Source of the DNA: a virus
Lineage: Duplodnaviria; Caudoviricetes
Length of the DNA: 43,180 nt
IMG/VR virus record: IMGVR_UViG_3300002092_000076
Span: 1 to 43,180 of that record
Direction: 5' to 3' (one strand)
In this document: positions 29,359 to 39,096 of the stretch, one piece after another
How positions within the stretch are numbered: position 1 is the stretch's first letter
How the letters are laid out: each line of letters starts with the position of its first letter
The notes under the pieces: model-generated
The model's database searches: none
Told to the model about the DNA's origin: nothing
Seen by the model: the letters and a program-made list of their open reading frames with translations, nothing else
Position numbers and translations under genes: made by a program

Positions 29359-31128
29359 ATGGCCGACGAGAAACTCCTCCAGATACGGTCGCTGCCGGGA
29401 ATCAAGCGCGATGGCACGCGCTTCGAAGGCGACAACTACGTGGACGGGCAGTGGGTCCGGTTCCAGCGCGGTCTGCCGCGTAAGATCGGCGGCTACCGCT
29501 CGATCAACAAGTACCTGCGCGAGAAGAGCACCCAGCTTAGCGAGTATACCCAGAACCAGCTGACCTACATCCACAGCGGCTCGCCCAACTACCTGGAGCG
29601 CTTCTTCATTGATGGCTCGTACAACACGAGCCCGATCGTCAACCGCACGCCCACGTCTGGCTTCACCCCGAACGACGGCAATATGTGGCAGTTCGCGATC
29701 GATGGGCTGGGTGCGAACAATCTTCTCATTGCGCAGGTGGCCCCGAACTTTAACTGCATCTGTAACGCCGATGGCGGCGCAGTGTTTTACGGCGACCTCC
29801 TGGGAACGTCGTCCCTGACCCCGATCACATTGCCTACCGGCGGAAACGCGACCGGCGGCGTTGTGGCGCTGCATCCGTACACCTTCATCTACGGAACCAA
29901 CGGCTACGTCGCGTGGTCGGTGCCGGGCGACCCGACCAACTTCACGGGCGCGGGCTCGGGGGATGCGTGGGTGGCGTCTCAGAAGATCGTGCGCGGCTAC
30001 CCCCTGCGTGGTGGTCCCGGCAACTCGCCGTCGGGCCTGTTCTGGTCGGCAGACGCGCTCATCCGGGCGTCGTTCGTCGGCGGCGATCAGGTGTTCCAGT
30101 TCGACACGATCAGCACGCAGACCTCGATCCTCTCCTCGAACTGCGTGATCGAGTACGACGGCATCTTCTATTGGTGCGGCGTCGACCGCTTCCTGCTGTT
30201 CAACGGTGTTGTTCGCGAGATCGAGAACAACATGAACATCAACTATTTCTTCGACAACTTGAACTACGCCGCCCGGCAGAAGGTGTTCGTGGTGAAGGTG
30301 CCGCGCTACGGCGAAATCTGGTGGTGCTACCCGCGCGGCAGCGCGACGGAATGCACGCACGCCATCATCTACAATGTGCGCGAGAACTCCTGGTACGACA
30401 CCGAGCTTCCGAACGACGGTCGCAGCGCGGGCATCTTCCCGACGGTGTTCCGCAAGCCGCTGATGACGGGGACTGCGCCGCAGCCCGCCCAGGCGTACGG
30501 CGCTGCGATCTCGAACGCCGGGACGGGTTACGCGGCAGGTAACGTCCTGACCGTGTCCGGCGGCGCAGGCGCTACCAAGACGCAGATTACGGTCACCTCG
30601 GTGTCCGGCGGCGCGATCACAGGCGTGCAGATTTCGAACGCGGGCTCGTACACCCAGACGCCGTCCAACCCGGTGTCGGTGACCGGGGGCTCAGGCACCT
30701 CAGCCACGTTCAACATCACCTTCGTCAACCCGTATAAACTATGGGTCCACGAGATCGGTGTCGACGAGATCGACGGCCAGGAAATCCAGCCCGTCTACTC
30801 GTTCTTCGAGACGGCGGACCTGTCGCTGCCGACGCTGGCGCAGACTAGTCAGGCGCTGCAGGTTCTGATGCTGGAGCCCGACTTCGTGCAGTCTGGCGAC
30901 ATGACCGTCCAGGTCGTCGGTCGCGCCAACGCCCGCTCGCCGGAGGTCTACGGACCCATCATGCCGATCTACGCCGATCCGCCGACGCCGCAAGATCAGG
31001 TCGTATACTTCAAGGAGCAGCGCCGTGAACTGCGCTTCCGGTTCGAGAGCAACGTGATCGGCGGCGACTACCAGATGGGCATCTGCCTGGGCCACTTCCA
31101 ACCCGCCGACAAGACGGTGATCGGATGA
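29359..31128 (+). CDS. Tail nozzle / tubular protein B (P22 gp10-like)
   Basis: PGIKRDGT..G.WVRFQRG.PRKIGG start; YGEIWW.YP; IIYN.REN.WY; beta-propeller-like composition. Confidence 0.75.
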   Translation: MADEKLLQIRSLPGIKRDGTRFEGDNYVDGQWVRFQRGLPRKIGGYRSINKYLREKSTQLSEYTQNQLTYIHSGSPNYLERFFIDGSYNTSPIVNRTPTSGFTPNDGNMWQFAIDGLGANNLLIAQVAPNFNCICNADGGAVFYGDLLGTSSLTPITLPTGGNATGGVVALHPYTFIYGTNGYVAWSVPGDPTNFTGAGSGDAWVASQKIVRGYPLRGGPGNSPSGLFWSADALIRASFVGGDQVFQFDTISTQTSILSSNCVIEYDGIFYWCGVDRFLLFNGVVREIENNMNINYFFDNLNYAARQKVFVVKVPRYGEIWWCYPRGSATECTHAIIYNVRENSWYDTELPNDGRSAGIFPTVFRKPLMTGTAPQPAQAYGAAISNAGTGYAAGNVLTVSGGAGATKTQITVTSVSGGAITGVQISNAGSYTQTPSNPVSVTGGSGTSATFNITFVNPYKLWVHEIGVDEIDGQEIQPVYSFFETADLSLPTLAQTSQALQVLMLEPDFVQSGDMTVQVVGRANARSPEVYGPIMPIYADPPTPQDQVVYFKEQRRELRFRFESNVIGGDYQMGICLGHFQPADKTVIG

Positions 31129-31358
31129 TCGATCCGCGCCACATGACCCTGAAGGAGTGGGCCGACGCCGTCATCCTGTCCGTTCAGGATACGTGGTCGT
31201 TCGGGCGACTAGACCGAGACGAAGATTGGCAAGCGTGGGCCAAGACTTTTGTGGGTGCGGCGGGTTATAGTCAGCTGAACATACCGAACCCTTATGCGTT
31301 TGACGATTGGCGTACGTGGGCCATGCGTGCCTACCCGATGCTTGAGGTGAACGTCTGA
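31125..31358 (+). CDS. Small Trp-rich hypothetical protein
   Basis: ATGA coupling; W..WA...PNPY.FDDWR.WA. Confidence 0.75.
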   Translation: MIDPRHMTLKEWADAVILSVQDTWSFGRLDRDEDWQAWAKTFVGAAGYSQLNIPNPYAFDDWRTWAMRAYPMLEVNV

Positions 31359-32971
31359 TGCCCTATGTGACGCCGACCGTCGTCGATCCGAACAACCCGC
31401 TGGGCCTGACCGCCGCAGCGCCCGGCTACCTGCCTGCCGACCAGCGCGCTCCGCAACGCGACCCCGACCTCGGCTGGTCGCCTGACATGGTGCCGGGCTA
31501 CAGCGGCGTGGCCGACACGCGCACGCCCGAGCAGTTCAAAGCCGACCAGCAGCCCCTTATCGACTGGGGCAATATGGACCAGTCGTACTGGAAGTCGCAC
31601 GAGCAGAACCCCCTTCCCCTGATCCTCGGCGCACTGGGCGCCATCGCCGCCCCGTTCGCCCTGTCGGCGCTGGGGGTTGGCGCAGGCGCAGGTGCGGCTG
31701 GCGGTGGAGCGGGCGCGGCTGGAGCGGGCTCGGCGCTACCCAGTCTGGGTGAGTACGTCGGCGCGGGCGTGGCGCCGGGGTTAACCGGCGCGACAACCGC
31801 CGCTGGCGGCGCTGCGGGCGCCACTGTCGAGCAGGTAGTGGTTACCGCCGCAGCGAACGGCCTGTCGGTGCCCGCCATCGCCGCATCGTTCGGCATCCCT
31901 GCCGCGACGGTGGCCGCGATCGTCAACAACGGCGCGGGAACCCTGCCGACGCAAGGCTCCCCAGGACCGACGGAAGCGACAGACCCACAGCCGACGAACC
32001 CCGCCGCCACACCGGCTCCGCCGGGGAACACGGTCAGCGAAGTGGTGGTCAACGGCATCCAGCCTGTGGCCCCGCCCGACGCATGGCCGGTCGTGCCCCC
32101 ACTCGCCGCCGCAGGACTAGTCTCTGGCGGCCCGACTGTTAGCCCGACCGCAACCAGCACGCCGCCCTCTACGCTTGACAAGCTGGAGAACTGGGTCGTC
32201 AACAACCCGATCCCTGCCGCCAAGCTCGGCTTGACGGTGGCGGGTCTTGTGTCAGCGGCGACGGCCCCCAAGGCCGGTACGAGCGCAGGTACGGGAGGCG
32301 CAGGTACGGGAGGCGCGGGCGGCGTATTCCCTGTCCAGAACCCGCTGTTCAAAGCGGCGCTCCCCGCTCCGAAAGGCATCTTCGCCAATCTCGGCGCGCG
32401 TCCGATGAGCCTGTCGACGAGCGACTATCTGACGAACGCGATGACGGCCTACGACCCGACGACGGGGAAGGGCGGCGCGCAGCCGTTCTTCAACTTCGCT
32501 GTCCGTCCTGGCGAGCAGATGGCCAACCAGAACCCCTTCGGCGCTATCGCTACGACTACGCCCACGACTACGCCCGCGACCACCACCCCGACGCTATCGC
32601 CCGATCTGACAGCGGCGCTGGCGGCAGCGGGCGGCAACCCGGCGATGCTCACGCCCGACCAGCAAGCGCAACTGGCGCAGGCCCTTAACGTGCAGGCGTA
32701 CTCGGGCGGCGGCCACGTACAGAACTTCGCTGTTCAAGGACCCGGTACGGGCCGCAGCGACAGCATCCCGGCGAAACTGAGCGACGGCGAGTACGTCATG
32801 GACGCTGAGACAGTGTCGCTTCTCGGCGACGGCTCCAATAAAGCTGGGGCCGAGAAACTCGACCGGTTTCGTGTTAATTTGCGAAAGCAGAAAGGGGCTA
32901 AGCTTGCGAAGGGCGAAATCAGCGCCAACGCCAAGAGCCCGGCTACCTACCTGTCTGGAGGACGAGTGTAA
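31358..32971 (+). CDS. Putative internal virion / ejection protein
   Basis: Ala/Gly/Pro-rich with TM-like segments; C-terminal GPGTGRSDSIPAKLSDGEYVM..ETV..LGDGS domain typical of such proteins. Confidence 0.7.
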   Translation: MPYVTPTVVDPNNPLGLTAAAPGYLPADQRAPQRDPDLGWSPDMVPGYSGVADTRTPEQFKADQQPLIDWGNMDQSYWKSHEQNPLPLILGALGAIAAPFALSALGVGAGAGAAGGGAGAAGAGSALPSLGEYVGAGVAPGLTGATTAAGGAAGATVEQVVVTAAANGLSVPAIAASFGIPAATVAAIVNNGAGTLPTQGSPGPTEATDPQPTNPAATPAPPGNTVSEVVVNGIQPVAPPDAWPVVPPLAAAGLVSGGPTVSPTATSTPPSTLDKLENWVVNNPIPAAKLGLTVAGLVSAATAPKAGTSAGTGGAGTGGAGGVFPVQNPLFKAALPAPKGIFANLGARPMSLSTSDYLTNAMTAYDPTTGKGGAQPFFNFAVRPGEQMANQNPFGAIATTTPTTTPATTTPTLSPDLTAALAAAGGNPAMLTPDQQAQLAQALNVQAYSGGGHVQNFAVQGPGTGRSDSIPAKLSDGEYVMDAETVSLLGDGSNKAGAEKLDRFRVNLRKQKGAKLAKGEISANAKSPATYLSGGRV

Positions 32972-34092
32972 TGCCCCTGACTGATATCCTGACGAGCGGT
33001 CAGCAGCCCATCACGACGCCGACCTCTTCGACTTCCGAGAAGGTGCTTCCTGACTGGTACACCAACTACGCGATGGATGTGCTGTCGGGGCAGCAAGCGA
33101 TCGCCAATCAGCCGCTGGCCACGTACTCCGGGCCGCGCGTTGCGGACCTGACGCCGCTGCAGCAACAGGCCATCCAGCAGACCCAGCAAGTCGCCGGAGC
33201 CTACCAGCCCGCGCTGGATACGGCCACGCAGGTCACCCAAGGCGCGCTGGGCATCTCGCCCTCGGAGATGGCGCAGCCCTACATGTCGGCGGCGGCTGCG
33301 CCCGCCACGGCCAACATCCAGCAGTATATGAACCCGTACCAGAGCGACGTGGTCAACCAGATCGCCACGCTCGGCACGCGGAACCTGATGGAGAACATTC
33401 TCCCGAGCATCAGCGACAAGTTCATCGCGGGCGGCAGCTACGGCGGATCGCGTAATGCCGAGATCATGGGCCGCGCCATCCGTGACGCCCAGACCGGCAT
33501 CTCCAACGCGCAGGCCCAGGCTCTGTCGCAGGGCTACTCGGGGGCGCTGGGCGCGGCCCAGACCGACGCCGCCCGGCAGGTGCAACTGGCCTCCTTGGCT
33601 GGCTCGCAGGGCGCGACCGATATCGCGTCGCAACTGCAGGGGGCGCAGCAACTGGCGGGCCTCGGACAGGCGGCGCAGAGCCTTGGCCTGACGGGTGCGG
33701 GCGCGTTGGGACAGGCGGGTGCGCTGCAGCAGAACATCAACCAGCAGAACCTCACGAACGCCTACCAGGACTTCCTGCGGCAGCAGGGCTATCCGCAGCA
33801 GGTCATCGACAGCATGACGAAGACGCTGGGTGCGGTCGCGCCCGCCGTGCCGTTCGCGCAACAGCAGCAGGGGACGAGCATCGCGGGCTACACGCCCTCG
33901 ACGGCGGCCTCTATCCTGGGGGCGCTGTCCGCGCTCGGCTCGCCGACCGTGCAGTCGGGCCTGAACACCGTGGGCAACGCACTCGGCAGCATCTTCGGCG
34001 GTGGCAGCAGCGGCTCGGACGGTATCATCGACGCCACTGCCGCCGCCAACGATCCGACGGGCATGCTGTCGCTCGGCCTGCCAACTGGTTAA
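32971..34092 (+). CDS. Putative ejection (DNA transfer/pilot) protein
   Basis: Gln/Ala-rich; YMNPYQ..V, GGSR and YQDFLRQQ.YP motifs; Gly-rich hydrophobic C-terminus. Confidence 0.7.
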   Translation: MPLTDILTSGQQPITTPTSSTSEKVLPDWYTNYAMDVLSGQQAIANQPLATYSGPRVADLTPLQQQAIQQTQQVAGAYQPALDTATQVTQGALGISPSEMAQPYMSAAAAPATANIQQYMNPYQSDVVNQIATLGTRNLMENILPSISDKFIAGGSYGGSRNAEIMGRAIRDAQTGISNAQAQALSQGYSGALGAAQTDAARQVQLASLAGSQGATDIASQLQGAQQLAGLGQAAQSLGLTGAGALGQAGALQQNINQQNLTNAYQDFLRQQGYPQQVIDSMTKTLGAVAPAVPFAQQQQGTSIAGYTPSTAASILGALSALGSPTVQSGLNTVGNALGSIFGGGSSGSDGIIDATAAANDPTGMLSLGLPTG

Positions 34093-34103
34093 CGGGGACA
34101 TAA

Positions 34104-35750
34104 ATGCCTTACGATCCCTCTGCTCTGAACGCCACGCTTGGCCCCGTTCCTTTCGACACGTCGGACGACGATTCTGCTGACGGCGGCGGTGCGCTCTCGG
34201 CTGCTGACAATGGCGGAGACGACGAGGGCGGTACCGATCAGACGGGCATGTTGGCGCTGCGCGCTGCATCTGGCGCGTTGCCGACCGGGCCGATGTCGCT
34301 GAGCGGCTATATGGACCTTGCCAAGAGGACGCAGGACACCATCGCTACGCAGCGTCAAGGCGCGCTTGATGCGCTCAATTCGGCGTTCGCGCCTGCGCTA
34401 TCCTACTACGGCACGCCCCGGACAGTCGGCGACCCTAACCTGATGCTGGCTCAGGCGCTTTTGTCGCCTACGCGGACGCGCGGTCTGTCCGGCGTCCTGG
34501 GCAACGTCGTCGGTGCGCTGAACACCAGCGCTGCGGCCCAGCAACAGGCCGACGAGGCGCGTAAACAGCAGTTGGCTCAACTGCAGCTTCAGCAGGGCCT
34601 GAAGTCGCAGGCGATCGGCCAAGCGTACGACATCTTGGCCGCAAAGTACGGACAGGACGCAGCCGACAAGTGGCTGGCCGCACAGGAGAAGACGCAGGCC
34701 GCTGCTGATAAAGCGGCGGCTGCAAAGGATAGCCAAGTCTTCACCGGGACTGGGGCCGAACTTATGAAGACGCACCCCGGCGTTACCGTCCCGGACCCTA
34801 ATGCCGTATACAACTACACCGCCAAGACGGGCGCACGACCCCTAGGAACCGCGCCGGGCCAAATTCCCACGATCCCCGGACTGACCAACGCCGATTACGC
34901 GCTTCCCCCAGACGAGTTCCTCAAGAAGATGGAAAGCGTGAATCTTCCGCTTGCCAACCGCATCAAGGACATCGCGACGTACCAGACGCCTCCGGGCAGC
35001 ATGCGAGGCGCTCTGGGCGAAGCCGAGCTTGCCGCCGTTCACGTCCTGAACCCGGCATTTGATCAGACCCAGTACGGTATGCGCCAGCAGACCTACAAGC
35101 AGTTCGCCAACAGCAGCAAAAGCGCTCTCGGAGGTCAAATCCTATCGGGTAACGTCGCCCTTCAGCACCTGAACGATTGGTACACGAATACTGCGGCGCT
35201 GAACCAAGACAGTAACCTCGTCCCCATCAACGCAGTAAAAAACGCGCTGCGCGCAAACGCCTCCGACCCCACGTACCTTGCCGCAAACACGGCGGCCAAG
35301 AACGTGGCTGGCGAGATCGCGCAAGGCATCATGGGCCACGTCACGGACCAAAGTATTCGAGACGCTCAGGCCGGGATCAGCGTCAATCTGTCGGCGAAGG
35401 GGGCGCAGGCTGCGGCCCGGACCAACGCCGAACTCATTCTCCAGCGTTTGGTCGAGCAAGCTAATCAGTGGTCCGCTAAGACGGGAGAGGCGGTCAATCC
35501 GGGCCATTTCCTGAACCCGTCGGCGCTTAAGGCGATCCAGCACATCGATCCAACGCTCTTGGATAAGTACGGCATTGACCCCAACGCTAACGCGGGCGTG
35601 CTGACGAGCAAGGTACGCTCCGCGCTCGGGATCGCAGGGTCGGCGCTGCCGATTCCTTCGCGCATGTCGGATTTAGTTACCGGCGCGATCTACGCTACGC
35701 CTAAAGGCGGTAACATGCGCTGGACCGGTTCCGGGTGGGAGCAGCCGTAA
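34104..35750 (+). CDS. Putative internal virion / ejection protein
   Basis: 548 aa, Ala/Gln helical; located in the ejection cluster; ends RWTGSGW. Confidence 0.7.
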   Translation: MPYDPSALNATLGPVPFDTSDDDSADGGGALSAADNGGDDEGGTDQTGMLALRAASGALPTGPMSLSGYMDLAKRTQDTIATQRQGALDALNSAFAPALSYYGTPRTVGDPNLMLAQALLSPTRTRGLSGVLGNVVGALNTSAAAQQQADEARKQQLAQLQLQQGLKSQAIGQAYDILAAKYGQDAADKWLAAQEKTQAAADKAAAAKDSQVFTGTGAELMKTHPGVTVPDPNAVYNYTAKTGARPLGTAPGQIPTIPGLTNADYALPPDEFLKKMESVNLPLANRIKDIATYQTPPGSMRGALGEAELAAVHVLNPAFDQTQYGMRQQTYKQFANSSKSALGGQILSGNVALQHLNDWYTNTAALNQDSNLVPINAVKNALRANASDPTYLAANTAAKNVAGEIAQGIMGHVTDQSIRDAQAGISVNLSAKGAQAAARTNAELILQRLVEQANQWSAKTGEAVNPGHFLNPSALKAIQHIDPTLLDKYGIDPNANAGVLTSKVRSALGIAGSALPIPSRMSDLVTGAIYATPKGGNMRWTGSGWEQP

Positions 35751-38700
35751 TGGCAGGTAAAGTTCTCAGCAACGCAGATGTAGGCGTCTCTTTCGAGGAT
35801 GAGCCTACTCCTCGGAAGACGGCACCGGCCAAGGCTCCGCCGCCAGCGCCGCGTCAAGTTGCGCCTCCGCCGCCTACGCCGCGTCAAGTTGCGCCTCCGC
35901 CGCGTCCTGCGCCCATACCTAGTGGCTTGTCTGCTTTCGCCACCGGCGCAAAAACCTCCGCGCTTCCGGTGATAGCCTCGCTGCCCGCTGCTGGTGCGGG
36001 CGCTCAGCTGGGGGCCGAACTCGGACTTTTGGGCGGACCTTTCGCTGAGTTTACAGTCCCTGCTGGAGCCCTCATCGGCGGCGTGGCTGGGGGTATGGTT
36101 GGACAGAAGCCCATCAGTGCGGCGCAAGCGTGGGTACTCAGCAAGAACCCCGCGATGGCGAAGGCGCTGGGCATGTCGCCGGCGGATGTAGCAGCGGCAC
36201 AACGCGCTCACCCCGAGTGGTTCGCGGCGGGCTCATTTGCGCCTGCGCTTCTGACCGGCAGGCCCGGCAGCCTTCGAGAGATCGCTGGAGGGGCGACCTT
36301 GGGCGGCGCCCTAGAGGCCAGTCGGCAGGCGCTCACGGGCCAATCAGACCCGACACAGCTGGCGCTGGCAACGGTCGCTGGGGGCGCAGCCTCGCGGCCT
36401 TACGTCGCCCCGCCGTTGCCGTCGCCTACGGTCGCGCCTGCGCCGAGAACAAGGCTGCAGCGCCAACTCAGCACGCGGGTTAACCAGAACACGCCGGATA
36501 CCGGCCAAACGGCGCAACAGACGGCTTCTGGCCTAGCCGCTGCAGGCGTTGAGCCCCGTCCGATCGATCTTGCGCCGGTGGCCGACGTGGTCAGGGACGC
36601 TGCCGCCAGGAGCCGCGTGGCCAACCAGCGCACTCGGGCGTGGGGCCGAAGCACGATGGCCGAGACGCCTACGGCTACGCGCGATCTCGTTGGGCAGTTG
36701 GGCGCGTCGGACCCCCGCACCGGCGCTGATGTTCGCGCCGATATCGAGGCGCTGGCCACGCCGCCTGAAACGCTCGTGCCGAATGTGGAGTTTGGAAAGG
36801 CGGGAGCCGACATCCAGCAGCGCATGGTTGAGCAGCGCAGCGCCGGTGAAGAGAAATGGCGGACCTCGTACGACAACGTCAAAAAGGATGAAGACCCAGA
36901 ACTTATCCAGTACGAGGGCTCCTCGCAGACCTCCGCCCCGAACAACATGGGCGATCTGGCGCGGATGCTGCGCGCTTCGGCAGAAGGCTATTCCTCGAAG
37001 CTGGGAGCGAAAGCCGGTGCGGCGGCGGAAACATTCAAGCGGATTGATCTGTTGGGCGGCATCCCGAACCCGACGATGACGGACCTGTTTGACGGCGTTA
37101 AGGCGTTTACACAACTTGCTTCGGATAACTACGACCCGCAGACGGGGCGCTACAACGCGGAGGGAGGAGCGGCGTCGGCGGCCAAGGATCAGCTTCTTAA
37201 TGCTATTGATAGCCTGTTCAACGCTGATCGTTTTGCGGGCAGTCCCGACGGAATAAAGCGCTGGAATGATGCTCGAAAAGATCGTGCAGACTTCGGTAGC
37301 ACCTGGGAGAGCGGAGGCGTTCAGCAACAGCTGACCGCGCAGAACAGCAAGAACGAGCGTCTTGTTGCTCCTGAAGACGCCGAAAATATCATTTTCGGAA
37401 GTAAGCCTGGGTCGCCGATTACGCAGCGACCCGACTTGGCCCGTAGCCTCGACGTGATCCGAGACACCGTAGACCCTGACCTCTTCCGTAGCCTTCAGCT
37501 GGCGGGTCAAAAGCGCGTTCTTGCGCCTGAGCCGGGCGTTGTTAACCTCGGCAACTACCGGGATTTGCGGTACACAGCAGCCCCGGTGGCCGATCGACTG
37601 TTCACCTCGGACGACGCGGCCCCCCTCGAAACCGCGTTGGGCAATCAGGAGCAGGCTCGCAGTCTCCAGGCCGCCCACGATCTGGGCGATAACTTCGCCA
37701 ACACCGACGCCGCCACTTTCAACACGGCGCTGTCCCGCATGTTGCCTACCGAGCGATCCGTCGCTCAGATTGCAGCGCGCCAATCCTTGTTGGACGCCGC
37801 CGCCAAGGGCACGGACGGCGCGGTAAGCACGCTGGACATGATCGGTACGCCTAACCGGAACCTGAACGCGCAGAACAATCTCTCGGCGCTGTTCCCAGAC
37901 GAGTACGGGAACGTACAGACCGGCGCGGAGGCGCTCTACAACAGGCACCAGACCGCTTCTGATCTGGCCGATGTGGCGTTCTCTCCCCCGAGAATCCCGT
38001 TGGCTACAGTCGGCGAAGTCGCGGCCTTGGCAGCGGCTCCGTTTACACACGGACTGACTCTGGTGGGGCTTGCGCCGCGTGTTGGCCGCGCTCTCGATGT
38101 GCTCCCGTCGACCATGTCCGACCGAACAGCGCAGCGGGTCACGGAAGAGGCGATCAGCCCGTCTGCGACCGACGACGTGCTCCAGCACCTCATCGACACG
38201 TACGGAGCGCAACGAAGCGCGCAGTACGGGCGCGCCGTGAACCTGGGAGTGCTAACCGGGCGCACCCTTGGCATGGTCTCCGCCGCGCCCAACGCGCCGC
38301 CGGAGGATCGCAAGGACGAAACGACGCCCGCTGCGCCGAAGCAGACCCTGAGCAACGAGGATGTCGGCCTCTCGTTTGATACGCCGAGCGCCGGTAGTTC
38401 CGTTTCTGATCTGCCCCCCGAGCAGGCGCTGGCCCTGACCGCTGCGGGCGAGGCAAGCAACAATCCGGCGGAGATGCAGGCCGTTATCCACACCGTTCTG
38501 AACCGACAGAAGCGGGGCCGGTTCGGACCGGACTTGCCGTCGATCCTGACGCCGAGCGCCTACAACGTCTGGAAAGACCCCGACAGCTTGGTCAAGAACT
38601 ACGCCGGAACGCCCAAGTACCAGCAGGCTCTGCAACTCGCCCAGCAGGCGATCGCCGGTAAGCTGCCGGATAACACCAACGGCGCGGTCTACTACTACGC

Positions 38701-38875
38701 GCCGGAGGCGCTGGCCAAGCTGCACGTCAGTAACCCTAAGACGTACCCGAACCTGATCCCTACGTTCGCCAAGGGGCGCGAGGACCAGGGCACGACTATC
38801 GGGTCCAGCCGGTTCTACGGGCCTCTGCCTTCCGATCTGCCGCAGAGCACTGACACCGACACCGATCAAGACTGA
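35750..38875 (+). CDS. Large ejection protein with C-terminal SleB-like (Hydrolase_2) cell-wall hydrolase
   Basis: N-terminal Gly/Ala TM-like helices; LALTAAGEA...AVIHTVLNR...DNTNGAVYYY...IGSSRFY at about 38410-38822. Confidence 0.8.
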   Translation: MAGKVLSNADVGVSFEDEPTPRKTAPAKAPPPAPRQVAPPPPTPRQVAPPPRPAPIPSGLSAFATGAKTSALPVIASLPAAGAGAQLGAELGLLGGPFAEFTVPAGALIGGVAGGMVGQKPISAAQAWVLSKNPAMAKALGMSPADVAAAQRAHPEWFAAGSFAPALLTGRPGSLREIAGGATLGGALEASRQALTGQSDPTQLALATVAGGAASRPYVAPPLPSPTVAPAPRTRLQRQLSTRVNQNTPDTGQTAQQTASGLAAAGVEPRPIDLAPVADVVRDAAARSRVANQRTRAWGRSTMAETPTATRDLVGQLGASDPRTGADVRADIEALATPPETLVPNVEFGKAGADIQQRMVEQRSAGEEKWRTSYDNVKKDEDPELIQYEGSSQTSAPNNMGDLARMLRASAEGYSSKLGAKAGAAAETFKRIDLLGGIPNPTMTDLFDGVKAFTQLASDNYDPQTGRYNAEGGAASAAKDQLLNAIDSLFNADRFAGSPDGIKRWNDARKDRADFGSTWESGGVQQQLTAQNSKNERLVAPEDAENIIFGSKPGSPITQRPDLARSLDVIRDTVDPDLFRSLQLAGQKRVLAPEPGVVNLGNYRDLRYTAAPVADRLFTSDDAAPLETALGNQEQARSLQAAHDLGDNFANTDAATFNTALSRMLPTERSVAQIAARQSLLDAAAKGTDGAVSTLDMIGTPNRNLNAQNNLSALFPDEYGNVQTGAEALYNRHQTASDLADVAFSPPRIPLATVGEVAALAAAPFTHGLTLVGLAPRVGRALDVLPSTMSDRTAQRVTEEAISPSATDDVLQHLIDTYGAQRSAQYGRAVNLGVLTGRTLGMVSAAPNAPPEDRKDETTPAAPKQTLSNEDVGLSFDTPSAGSSVSDLPPEQALALTAAGEASNNPAEMQAVIHTVLNRQKRGRFGPDLPSILTPSAYNVWKDPDSLVKNYAGTPKYQQALQLAQQAIAGKLPDNTNGAVYYYAPEALAKLHVSNPKTYPNLIPTFAKGREDQGTTIGSSRFYGPLPSDLPQSTDTDTDQD

Positions 38876-38888
38876 CGGGGTTTAAACG

Positions 38889-39092
38889 ATGAGCATCCTC
38901 ACCGCCAAAGTTCGCAAGGGGCTGAAGAAGAGCCAGTTTGCTGGTCCCGATCGCAGTTACCCCATCCCAGATCGAGCCCACGCCGCCAATGCGAAGGCCC
39001 GCGCCACGCAGATGGTGGAGAAGGGGAAGCTGTCGAAGGCGCTTGCCGTGAAGATCAAGGCGAAGGCCAACAAGGTGCTGAAAGGCAAATAG
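38889..39092 (+). CDS. Small basic protein (DUF6582-like)
   Basis: L..SQFAGPDRSYPIPDRAHAANAKARA motif; very Lys-rich. Confidence 0.8.
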   Translation: MSILTAKVRKGLKKSQFAGPDRSYPIPDRAHAANAKARATQMVEKGKLSKALAVKIKAKANKVLKGK

Positions 39093-39096
39093 GCCG

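Noticed and set aside
35840-35903. 30-bp tandem repeat (PRQVAPPP x2); also a 15-bp repeat at about 32284-32313
   Set aside because: Ordinary in-frame linker slippage repeats with no sign of further function.
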